A stretch of 63,891 nucleotides of DNA, counting the filler, from Octopus bimaculoides (taxonomy: Eukaryota): NCBI RefSeq assembly GCF_001194135.2. It is 9 parts of 8 records of this genome, joined end to end, with 100 filler letters (N's around TTAATTAATTAA, not from the genome) between each part and the next. Parts side by side here need not be neighbours in the genome. Positions count along the whole stretch, not along the records: positions 48,618 to 55,343 come from NC_068983.1; positions 55,444 to 58,042 come from NW_026339135.1; positions 58,143 to 60,456 come from NC_069003.1; positions 60,557 to 63,891 come from NC_068990.1; 5 more parts are not named here. The stretch is one strand, 5' to 3'. Both the position numbers and the translations under genes were made by a program. Positions within the stretch are counted from its first letter, which is position 1, and each line of letters starts with the position of its first letter. The notes below the pieces were generated by a model. That model was not told the origin of the DNA. It did no database searches and was given only the letters and a program-made list of their open reading frames with translations. Shown here one piece after another: positions 51,936 to 63,891 of the stretch.

Positions 51936-52984
51936 GTTTGTGTGTGTGTGAGAGTGTGTGAAATTGTGTGTCTGTTTGTCCTAAACTACCATCAGCTAAC
52001 AACCGATGCTGGTGTGTTTACGTCCCCCGTAACTTAGCGTTTCGGCAAAAGAGACCGATAGCATAAGTACTAGGCTTACAAAGAATAAGTCCTGGGTTCG
52101 ATTTGTTCGACTAAAAGGCGGAGCTCCAGCATGGCCGCAGTCAAAACGACTGAACCTAGTAAAATAAAAAAAGGATATGTGTGTGTGTGTGCGTGCGCGC
52201 GCACCCGTGTACGTGTGTACATATATATGCATGTGTATATATACACATAGATATGTATATAGGTATGTGTGTGTATGTATACATTAATGTGTCTACATCT
52301 TCGTTTACATTTGTACCACTCAAAATCAGCGATGGATTTGTTCTTCACGTTCCATATTATTGCTTCGACCATAAAAATAAACGATTGACTAAAACAAACA
52401 CTGATAACAGTCCGATGGTTATTAATCAAAAATCATTAACCATCAAATATCATTAATCTTCAAAGAATAGCAACCGATCAGATTTTGGTTTCCCAATTTG
52501 TCCCAGGGCCAACAAGTTTAGGGTAGCGTGTAAGTCGATTATATTGACCCCCAATATTCAAGTGTTATTCATTTTATCCACCCAGAAGGATTTAAATACA
52601 AAGTCGACCTCGGTGAAAGTTGAACTCGGAATATAAAGGACGAAATACCGCGAAGCATTTTACCCGATGCAGTAACAATTCGGCCACCTTTGCGCCTTAG
52701 TTAGCGACCATATATATTAATAACAAAATATTGTTTGATCATCAGTCGGTAATTATCAATAACATAATTGCTTGACTGTCAAATGCTGGTCAACCTTTCA
52801 ATAAATTTTATTCAAAGTGGACTAAACCTTTCATATCCTATCAAACAGATAACATCTTACGTGGGTGAAAACCTTCTTTAACCTGGGGTGCCGGTGTTTC
52901 TCCTTTCCCTACCCACTCCCTTTGGCGCTTGAAGATCAAAAACAAAAAAAAAAACGTTCATTCGTGAGACGTGACAGCAAAGAA

Positions 52985-53552
52985 TAGCGCATATTCACTC
53001 TCTGCACGCGATTGTGAGGAACCCATTGACCCAATTTACTGACTTTTCCGTTGGCACCAGATGTTGACGAATGGTTGAATGACCAAATCCAAGTTTCTCT
53101 GTTAGTTCCTCAACAGTTACGATGGGATTTTGTTCCATCAGGATTTGCAGGGCATCCTCGTCGAGCTCTTCAGATCTTCCAGGACGAGGCTCGTCTTCTA
53201 GGATGTAGTCTTTGGCTTGGAATTTCTGGACCCATCGTTGACACTGGCTTATGCTTATTGTCCAATCCACATATACTGCATTAATATTCCTCACACTTTC
53301 TGCTGCGTTGTTGCCTTTATTGAACACATAAAGCAAAATATGCCGAATATGCTCCTTCATCACTTCTATTATAGCTTTGAAAAAATAACTTAAAATCGAT
53401 CTGCACTCTTCAAAACTTGCACTAAGAATAAGCACAAGGTAAAATTACTACCTGCTTTTATAGCAAGTTGATGCAGGTAGTTTATCCCGTGCCCCTCCGA
53501 CTTTTGGTTCGTGCAATTGACAAAATCGCATTATTTATGGGATGACCCAATA
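52985..53552 (-). mobile_element. mariner transposon 5' fragment
   Basis: TIR tattgggtcatcccataaataatgcg; KEHIRHILLYVFNKGNNAAESVRNINAVY...LEDEPRPGRS...TVEELTEKLGFGHSTIRQHL (HTH region). Confidence 0.9.
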
Positions 53553-54127
53553 TATATAACGAGCTTCTTTCAATTTCCCCTCTACCAAATCCCCTCACAA
53601 GGCTTTCATTGGCCCAACGCTATAATAAAAGACAATCGCCCAAGGTACCATGCAGTAGGACTGAACCCGAAACCATGTGGTTGGCAAATCTATTTTCTAT
53701 AACTGACTGGATAGTCACCTGGAAAGAAATACTGCCTTACGAAAGTAATATTAGGTAGTATGGATTGCAAGGAGCAGCCACTGGTGAATCAGAATCAGCG
53801 AATCTGGCAATTATCGAAGACAAGCTGAAGAGAAAATGAACCATTCGCTTGGATTGATTACCGAAATATATTTAATAGCGTTGCACGCTGTTGGATAATG
53901 GAAATACGACAATGTAAATAAAGGTGTTCCATTGTAAAGACAGTGTATCAAACATGACATGGAAATGAAAAACAACCCTAGCACTGCTGCTGCTGCGGCT
54001 GGAGAAGATTAATACCAAGCTCTTTGCTTTATCAGAAAATGAACGCCTGGAAGAGACTCGTTACTCTTTCTACACTTATATCTACCTCGGCTGACCGTAA
54101 TCGGAGTACATAGCAGTCTCTCTATAT

Positions 54128-54213
54128 CTGCATATGCGTGTGTGTGTGCGTGTGTGTGTTTGTGTATGTGTGTGTATGTGTAGGCGTGTCTGTGCGTGTG
54201 TGTGTATGCGCGC

Positions 54214-54246
<33 letters not shown>

Positions 54247-54570
54247 TGTGCGCGTGTTTGTGTGCGTGTGTTTGCATGTGTGTGTGTGTTTGCGTGTGTG
54301 TAGGTATGTCTGTGTGTGTGTCTGTATGCGTTGTATGTGTTTGTGTGCGCGCATGTGTGTGCGCGCGTTTGTGTGCGTATGTGTGTGTGTAGGTGTGTCT
54401 GTGCGTGTGTGTATGCGTGTATGTGTGTAGGTGCATGTGAGTGTGCGCGTGTATGTGCGTGTGTGTGCGCGTGTGTGTATGAGTGCGTTTGTGCGTGTGC
54501 ACCTGTGTGTGTATGTATGTGCGTGTGTATGTGTGTATATTCATGTGTGTGTGTTTGTATGCGTGTGAGT
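54128..54570. repeat. Long alternating purine-pyrimidine (TG/CG/TA) tract
   Basis: Direct reading. Confidence 0.9.
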
Positions 54571-56114
54571 CTTCTTGTTTGTCCCTCATCACGGCTTAAC
54601 TACTGGTGTCGGCATATTTACGTCCCCATAACTTAGCAGTTAGGCAAAAGAAAAAAAAAGACACCGATGGAATAAGAACCAGGATTTAAAATACTGTACT
54701 ACAGTCGATTCATTCCACCAAATTTCTTCAAGTAGGTGCTCCAGCATAGCCGCAATTTAATTACTGAAACAAGAAAAATACATAAAAGAAAGATAAAGAT
54801 CCCTAGTTTACAGGTGATAGATTAGGATGATTGTTGTGCTGATGACGGCTATTGAGGCAGAAACGTGTCCACGACTGCCCTCTTATCTCCAGATGATAGA
54901 CTTATTCTTTTCTTTAATGGTTTATCTGATTCTTTCTCAGAGATCATCTCGACACCTGACCTGTGCCACAGCGTGCACACGTTCAGACAATGTCGATAAC
55001 ATAGAGGAAGTAAGTTCTACGAGGCAAAGTATTCAATGGTTCTCTTTAATGGTTCATTTGGAGAATTCTTGGTTCTTGATATTATCTTGCCATTTAGTTA
55101 TTATGATTAAACCCTCTACAGGAGGAGATATTTTTAATAAATCAAGAATTTATATTGTATGTCATTTGATACACCTGTATTTATCTACACACATCACGCC
55201 CCAACCTTACGTCTTCAACGACTCAAGCTTTATGTCCAACACTGTACACCCAATGACGCCACCGCTTCCATCACAGCTATTTCTAATACTACTACCTCCA
55301 CCACCACCACCACCACCACCACCACCACCGCCACTACCACTGTNNNNNNNNNNNNNNNNNNNNNNNNNNNNNNNNNNNNNNNNNNNNTTAATTAATTAAN
55401 NNNNNNNNNNNNNNNNNNNNNNNNNNNNNNNNNNNNNNNNNNNGTGTGTGTGTGTGTGTGATCGGAAATAGAGAGGGCATGTTATTGATGGGGTCGTGAA
55501 TGGTGACGAACGGACCTTGGCTAACATAACTGATCATTGATTGAACGGATATAAAATCAAAGAATCGATTAATCGGCGAAATAGTTAACCAATGTACTAA
55601 TATTAAATAATGAAGTGAAATAGAATCGGTGCGGGTGTTTATTATTGTTATAATGACCGTCCCAAGATACAACAGAATATATTCCAGCACATGAATTCAC
55701 ATCAGGAATCATTCAAACCAAATAAAACAATGCAAAATATAAAAAAATTAAAAAACCCCAGAATACTGGAAATTTCAATTATATTTATAATGTATATATT
55801 TATGAGAGCAATACTCCAGCATGGCCGTAGGCTAATAAGTGAAACCAAAAACTAAACAGAGAATAATTCTAACACGTTCTTTGGAGAAATATTCCACAAG
55901 CGCTTAACAACCAAAACCATTTTATATTTCAATTGGGAAGCATTATTTGAGAAAAAATACCCGAAAGCTCATAAAATAGACATATACAAACAGACATACA
56001 TACACACTCACAAACACACATATACATACATACATTGTATAAATATATATATGCATAAGTATATATATATTTATGCATGTGTATATGCATATATATATAT
56101 GTGTATGTATAGAA

Positions 56115-56179
<65 letters not shown>

Positions 56180-58230
56180 CATATCTATATCTATATATAT
56201 ATATATGCACATGTATACGTATATATATATGTATATTTATGTATATATTTATGTGTGTATGTATATATTTGTATACCTATATATATATAATGTAAATAAA
56301 TATATATATAAATATATATGCATATATATATGCATATGTATATATATATATATATATATATNNNNNNNNNNNNNNNNNNNNNNNNNNNNNNNNNNNNNNN
56401 NNNNNNNNNNNNNNNNNNNNNNNNNNNNNNNNNNNNNNNNNNNNNNNNNNNNNNNNNNNNNNNNNNNNNNNNNNNNNNNNNNNNNNNNNNNNNNNNNNNN
56501 NNNNNNNNNNNNNNNNNNNNNNNNNNNNNNNNNNNNNNNNNNNNNNNNNNNNNNNNNNNNNNNNNNNNNNNNNNNNNNNNNNNNNNNNNNNNNNNNNNNN
56601 NNNNNNNNNNNNNNNNNNNNNNNNNNNNNNNNNNNNNNNNNNNNNNNNNNNNNNNNNNNNNNNNNNNNNNNNNNNNNNNNNNNNNNNNNNNNNNNNNNNN
56701 NNNNNNNNNNNNNNNNNNNNNNNNNNNNNNNNNNNNNNNNNNNNNNNNNNNNNNNNNNNNNNNNNNNNNNNNNNNNNNNNNNNNNNNNNNNNNNNNNNNN
56801 NNNNNNNNNNNNNNNNNNNNNNNNNNNNNNNNNNNNNNNNNNNNNNNNNNNNNNNNNNNNNNNNNNNNNNNNNNNNNNNNNNNNNNNNNNNNNNNNNNNN
56901 NNNNNNNNNNNNNNNNNNNNNNNNNNNNNNNNNNNNNNNNNNNNNNNNNNNNNNNNNNNNNNNNNNNNNNNNNNNNNNNNNNNNNNNNNNNNNNNNNNNN
57001 NNNNNNNNNNNNNNNNNNNNNNNNNNNNNNNNNNNNNNNNNNNNNNNNNNNNNNNNNNNNNNNNNNNNNNNNNNNNNNNNNNNNNNNNNNNNNNNNNNNN
57101 NNNNNNNNNNNNNNNNNNNNNNNNNNNNNNNNNNNNNNNNNNNNNNNNNNNNNNNNNNNNNNNNNNNNNNNNNNNNNNNNNNNNNNNNNNNNNNNNNNNN
57201 NNNNNNNNNNNNNNNNNNNNNNNNNNNNNNNNNNNNNNNNNNNNNNNNNNNNNNNNNNNNNNNNNNNNNNNNNNNNNNNNNNNNNNNNNNNNNNNNNNNN
57301 NNNNNNNNNNNNNNNNNTATATATATATATATATATGTGCGAGTTTGTGTATACCTACGAATGGGCTACTGAATATATATAGTGTTATAAAATGTGTTTA
57401 TTACTTTATATTTCATATGCCAGCCAATTTTAAAAGTGGTGGAGTATAAACGTGTTTATAGATACATAAATACATACATACACACATACATACATGCAAT
57501 AATACATATATACAATATGCCCATATATATATATACACATATATATAACCCCCCCCACACACACACACACACGCATACACACGCCCAAATATATATAAGT
57601 ACATACATACACTTATATGTATATAAATATATATATATGACTAGAGTAAGAACGAGAGACAGATATACAGAGACGCTGAGCGATAGAGAGAGGGTGAGAA
57701 AAAGAGAGAGAGAGAGACAGAGAGAAAGAGAAAGAGTGCCATAGAAAGCCCTCGGTACATGCTCCACAGTTAATATATCGCAAGATCGTACACAGCTTCC
57801 ACTTCCTGCTTTTCTGTGGACAAGCTTGTATTTCGTGTTTCCAGCAGAATATAGCGGTGTGTGTTAGAATTAGAGCGTACATATGTCTCCGGATATAATT
57901 CCTGATGTTGAAATTTCGGAAACAATTTTTATATCAATCAATATAGTGTTATTTGCTTTTACATACATACATATACATGCATACATACACGCACGCACGC
58001 ACGCACACACACACACAAAATATATATATATATATATATATANNNNNNNNNNNNNNNNNNNNNNNNNNNNNNNNNNNNNNNNNNNNTTAATTAATTAANN
58101 NNNNNNNNNNNNNNNNNNNNNNNNNNNNNNNNNNNNNNNNNNGCTATTTCTAAATTTTCAGTATGTTGGAGAAGCAACTCAATGCTAATCCCTGTATATT
58201 TATGATGATAAATGGTATATATATAAATAT

Positions 58231-58271
<41 letters not shown>

Positions 58272-58728
58272 CTGAGGGTGATAAATTGAATATTAATTTC
58301 AATTTAAAACCAGTGGTCTAGCATATTAAAAAATCTGATAATTCAGAAAAATTGTATTACATGCGTATAAGAAGGGATGACCACTACGTGGAGATCCAAT
58401 ATGCTAGAAAGAGTTCATCAACGACCCAACCACAAAGAAAAATAATGCTCTCCAGTAAAAAATTCAGCAAACACCAGAGCATTGGCGGGCAAGACAAAAT
58501 GAAAAATATACAAAATAAAGAATTGTGTACCGGTTTCGCAATCAACTTTACGTAAGTAAAAAAGTTTTGAGTTCAAATACCGCAGCGGTCGACGTTGCCT
58601 CTCATCCTTTCGAGGTCGATAAAATAAGTACCAGTTGAACACTGGGGTCGATGTAATCGACTCATTCCATCCTCCAAAATTGCTGCCCTTGTGGCAAGAT
58701 TTGAAACCATTATTATTATTATTATTTT

Positions 58729-58981
58729 ATGTTTGACTTTTGCTTTGCATTTGTACAAGTTGGATCCAAGTCTAACCCAGAGACCTCAAGAGTCAACAAG
58801 CTAGAAGTTCATGTAGGTGTTATGCCTAGGGTACCATATATTTGGATTTGTACATAGTGTTGTTCTAGAGAATATTTAAGAAACCATAAGAAAATTATGT
58901 GTTTGTTTTAAAATTTGAGATCACATAGACAGTATTTTACGTAGGATATGGGCAGTTCCCATGAGCACTATCTTTTGAACT
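58729..58981 (-). mobile_element. R4/Dong-like LINE 3' end running into a gap
   Basis: VQKIVLMGTAHILRKILSM* (stop at 58921-58923), a ~190-nt UTR, then a (TAA)n tail at about 58709-58728. Confidence 0.8.
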
Positions 58982-60613
58982 NNNNNNNNNNNNNNNNNNN
59001 NNNNNNNNNNNNNNNNNNNNNNNNNNNNNNNNNNNNNNNNNNNNNNNNNNNNNNNNNNNNNNNNNNNNNNNNNNNNNNNNNNNNNNNNNNNNNNNNNNNN
59101 NNNNNNNNNNNNNNNNNNNNNNNNNNNNNNNNNNNNNNNNNNNNNNNNNNNNNNNNNNNNNNNNNNNNNNNNNNNNNNNNNNNNNNNNNNNNNNNNNNNN
59201 NNNNNNNNNNNNNNNNNNNNNNNNNNNNNNNNNNNNNNNNNNNNNNNNNNNNNNNNNNNNNNNNNNNNNNNNNNNNNNNNNNNNNNNNNNNNNNNNNNNN
59301 NNNNNNNNNNNNNNNNNNNNNNNNNNNNNNNNNNNNNNNNNNNNNNNNNNNNNNNNNNNNNNNNNNNNNNNNNNNNNNNNNNNNNNNNNNNNNNNNNNNN
59401 NNNNNNNNNNNNNNNNNNNNNNNNNNNNNNNNNNNNNNNNNNNNNNNNNNNNNNNNNNNNNNNNNNNNNNNNNNNNNNNNNNNNNNNNNNNNNNNNNNNN
59501 NNNNNNNNNNNNNNNNNNNNNNNNNNNNNNNNNNNNNNNNNNNNNNNNNNNNNNNNNNNNNNNNNNNNNNNNNNNNNNNNNNNNNNNNNNNNNNNNNNNN
59601 NNNNNNNNNNNNNNNNNNNNNNNNNNNNNNNNNNNNNNNNNNNNNNNNNNNNNNNNNNNNNNNNNNNNNNNNNNNNNNNNNNNNNNNNNNNNNNNNNNNN
59701 NNNNNNNNNNNNNNNNNNNNNNNNNNNNNNNNNNNNNNNNNNNNNNNNNNNNNNNNNNNNNNNNNNNNNNNNNNNNNNNNNNNNNNNNNNNNNNNNNNNN
59801 NNNNNNNNNNNNNNNNNNNNNNNNNNNNNNNNNNNNNNNNNNTATATATATATGGCAGTAAGAAAATGGAGGAGAATATGCGGTATCCATCGACTTGCAG
59901 ACAGTGTATTCCATTGAATTAATTTGTTTATTTTGTAACTAAAATGTCAAAAACCACAATATACAGATGCTTATGACATACCATGTCATATTAACATTTA
60001 AGGTTACAAATATAAAGTATATTTACCAATTGGAGAATATACAGAAACTTACAGCTGTTTTGGCCTAGCGTTGGCATGCCCTATTCTATCTCTATAGCTC
60101 CTGTGTGCCGGAGTAACCCTCCCAGCAGTATATTGGATAGATACTATCCCTTAGTGGGTTGAATCCTCAACCCCTAACTCTCTTGCATTATATATATATA
60201 CTTTATTTAAAAGCAGCAGAAATATAACAAAAAAAAACTGTTACTCGGAATTTCACGTTCCCATTCATCGGACAGTTTTGTTAGAAATTTCCAACAAATT
60301 TCAAACAAATTTCTAACAAAACTGTCCGATGAATGGGAACGTGAAATTCCGAGTAACAGTTTTTTTTTTGTTATATTTCTGCTGCTTTTAAATAAAGTAT
60401 ATATATATAATGCAAGAGAGTTAGGGGTTGAGGATTCAACCCACTAAGGGATAGTANNNNNNNNNNNNNNNNNNNNNNNNNNNNNNNNNNNNNNNNNNNN
60501 TTAATTAATTAANNNNNNNNNNNNNNNNNNNNNNNNNNNNNNNNNNNNNNNNNNNNAGATATATATATATATATATATATATATATGGGGGGTATGTATA
60601 CATGTATGTATGT

Positions 60614-60668
<55 letters not shown>

Positions 60669-60959
60669 TAAATATATGCCTATATTTCCAAATAAATGCA
60701 TATATACATACACACACATATATGTACATCCAAACAGATATAAACACAACTATGTAAACGTGTAGAAGGGAAAATATGAATCAAAGAGTATAGAGTTAGT
60801 TATATAACAGATAAGCGAACGTGTTCAAGAGAGAATATAAAATAAAAAAGAAAGATAATGTCAAAAAAGCTGTAAACATATGATTGAAAGTTACAACATT
60901 GATGACATGAATATTCTCTGTAATCATTATGAAACACTTAAATTTATAAATGAACCTCT

Positions 60960-63891
60960 GAAAACGGAAAGTCATGCTCTCTCAATTACAGCCTTATCCA
61001 GAACTGAGGGGTTTTTTGAATGAGAATAAATCAGAATATATACAATTTATAAATTCAGAGGATTTTCTGTCCATGCCGATATACCTTGGTCGGCGCGTTA
61101 AGAAAGTTAAAATTGGGGAGATGCCCCCAGAAATGAATATATGCTGGCTGGTGGCAGCAGTTCTCATAGACATACTTCCACAATGCTGGAGGTGCACAAG
61201 TCGCACCAACAAAATTGGTCGGGTTAGGGTATGGAGGTCCTTGTTCAAATTGAACAAGATGGCATAAATTCCATCCCCGACTCGATAAACCTGCTGGACG
61301 ACACAAAGTTGCACGTGGTTATAAAGCGAAGGATACCGAGATGTTACTTCTGTGGAAGCGTGAACAACCTCAAGGTCTCTTGTCCCAAATACAAGGAGGA
61401 GCAGCCGGCACTGCTACCAACGCCAGTGTCAGTGCCACCTCCAGGGCAGGGGCAGCAACAGCGATTCTGTCTCCAGCCGTCACTGAAAAATCACCGACAC
61501 CAACAACAGAATCGACCTCAACACCAATCGGAGTACCACCATCACCACCAGCAGTAATATTAAAAGACGAACCCTCACAAAGCTAAAATCCAATAGACAT
61601 TCCTCTTCCCAATCCAAACCACTCAGACCTTTCGAGTGCTGAGGTCGAGAAGGAATGGCACACAGTCGCCACAAAAAAAGATGAAAAACTGCAGAACCAT
61701 CAAAAGGAAGGAGGTGCAAGCAGGTCGAGCCACCCAACAGCAGTAATACACACATACAACAACCAACAACAGCACCGACACCAGCACCACTTTCACCAGC
61801 ACTACCACCTCAAACACTGACAACAGTACAAACACCAACCGACCGCAAAAGCACTACCAACCTCACAGCCATAGACACTAACAATGCAGAACTAATCACA
61901 CACCTTAAAAATCACAGACACTACCATGGAAAACCTTGCTTTCCCCACACACAACGCACCACAACCACACATACAAATACTAAAAATAAGCGAAAACGTC
62001 TACAACACACTAAAAACACAATTCCCAGACGCTGATGGGTCGTTTCAAAAAGCCTTTTGCAAAAAACTGTACAAATGTCTATTCGTAGGAATACCTACAT
62101 CAAAGAATGTGGAGGCCACCCCACTACAATACAGCGGTAAGTAACGCTTTCCTTAATTGTAATTTTTTTCTCAACATGGTCTTGCTCAAGATATGTTGTT
62201 TAAATGCTCGGGGTCTCGAGTCGCCTTGGAAACAAGGTCCCTTAGTGTAGACGTAATATCTATTAGTGAAACCAGACTTTCTAAACAGCCGGCTTTCATG
62301 ACCCTCTTCACTGAATACGAAATCTACCTATCTCCATGTCTGCCGGGAGGGGGCGGTGATGGTACTGTAGTGCTTTTCCGGAAAGGTCTGGATTTGAAAA
62401 TAAAAGCAATTTTCCTGTATCCAGAAGGTAATTCGGTGGTCCTGGATGTGAACAGCAGTGACTGCGGCGCCTTCAGACTGGTGGTTGTCTATGCTCGACA
62501 GGGGCAAGGCGGCCGGATAACTTCAAGCGTCTGGAGGTTTTCCTGGGAACATCTCGAATTTTAGTGTTAGTAAGGGATTGGAACGCTTCGATGGACGTTT
62601 TGATTGCGTAGGACTATCTGATAGGAGAGGGGGTGCAAAAGCCTCACAAACCTGCTTAGACGTTTTCAACTGTCTGACAGGTAAAGACTAGAATACCTGA
62701 ATGTGCCAATGTGGACTTGCACAAATCGCATTGAGTCATATAGTTCGTATTTAGATACAGTTTTCTCTGTAGGCCAGCGGATAAGGATAGCATAGGTTGT
62801 TCACATTTTCACATGGTCGGCTACACAGACCACAAATTCATGATCTATACGGTCAACCTAGATAGGCTTTGTAGACAGGGCCCCGGTTACTGGAAGCTCA
62901 ACATGTCGTTGCCGGCGTGCCAAGCTTACAGTGACTTGATTAACGTATTAGCTAAGAGGGCGTTGACGGGGGAAATCGTCAACAACTCTTTTCTCTTAAA
63001 AGGGCAATTAGAGTAGAACCCATTAGTTTTAGTAAGGCTTTAGCGGTAGAAAGAAATAGAATAGAGTGAGATTTAGTTAGAAAGTTAGATGAGGCACTTA
63101 GGAAAGGCATCGCAACTGACGTGTTGGAGGCGATGTTGGCCCTCGAACAATTTTTCGGTGCCATACACGTAGGCTGTGTTGTTAGAGCTAAGGCGCGTTC
63201 ACTAAGCGGGAAGGGAACGAAAGCCGCTCGATGGGCCTGAGTGGTGGAGGCAAAATGTGGCATTCGGTCTTTGGTGAACTAAAACGGGCATGAGATGTTT
63301 CAACCGAAGCAGGTGTGTACGGCTTTTCAACAGCACTGTTCGGGTCGAGTGGTAAAACGGGTAAGAGGGCAGACTTCGGTGTCTACCTGGACGGCCTACC
63401 ATGACTCTCAGCGAAAAGCCGATAACAGTCGCGGAAATATAGGACGCGATGACGTACTGGACGAGAGGCAGGTCGTCGGGTTTGAATGGTCTGCGCTACG
63501 AGCATTATATTTCGATGCCAGACTTGTTTGGAGGCTTCTTAGCAGATATCTACAGAAACTGGCAGCAGAATAGGATAATTCCCAGTTTTGTCTATCGAGA
63601 GGTGGCAGCACTGCTGAGAAAGGACCCAAACAAGGAATACGTTATACAGAATTTCAGGTCCATCATTCTGCTCAATGCAGAGTTGAAGATTTTGGCCAAG
63701 GTGTTAGTCAAGAGGTTGGCGCTTGTCGTGGACAAGCTGATTGGCGAGGCGCAACCATGCGCCATCCCAACCAGGACTATTAACAACCTCCACTTCACGG
63801 GCTGCATGATAGAGAGGGTGGGTAACAAAGCTGGCAAGGGTGGGGCTCTGATCAATTTAGATCAATCTAAAGCCTTTGATAGGGTCGACCA
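60960..63891 (+). mobile_element. Tx1/L1-like LINE, degenerate ORF1 plus ORF2 (APE endonuclease and start of RT); continues past the window end
   Basis: ORF1 relic has a knuckle-like CYFCGSVNNLKVSC. ORF2 relics are VISISETR, FRLVVVYA, YWKLN, LLNAELKILAKVL and a terminal GGALINLDQSKAFDRVD. There are several frameshifts. Confidence 0.9.

Noticed and set aside
60142-60456. Near-perfect 149-bp-arm palindrome
   Set aside because: The arms are identical except for one homopolymer base, include apparent flanking DNA, and end exactly at a linker. Most likely the assembler walked back out through a MITE TIR. A real inner MITE (about 60190-60410) is possible.

Overview
This is AT-rich, microsatellite-dense animal DNA from a draft assembly. 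The repeat families look like Octopus, which is an inference from sequence style only. Eight identical 100-bp linkers (N44-TTAATTAATTAA-N44) split the window into nine segments, so adjacency across them may not be biological. The only host gene I can support is two minus-strand coding exons of DPH7/WDR85 (42368-42433 and 36558-36733), which splice in frame with canonical AG/GT sites. The rest is tRNA-derived SINEs (working names A, B, C), LINE relics (Tx1/L1-like, RTE, R4/Dong-like), mariner fragments, two adjacent long-TIR MITEs, microsatellites and gaps. I found no CRISPR array, rRNA or intact tRNA, and nothing I can defend as a new multi-gene system. The best leads are: (i) a CpG-decay footprint over the DPH7 segment; (ii) three R4/Dong-like LINE ends, each embedded in (TAA)n; (iii) a 3' tail shared by SINE-C and Tx1-like LINEs; (iv) two short decayed protein relics, one HECT-like and one P-loop/SF3-helicase-like, which need profile searches to confirm. 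Repeat boundaries are approximate.
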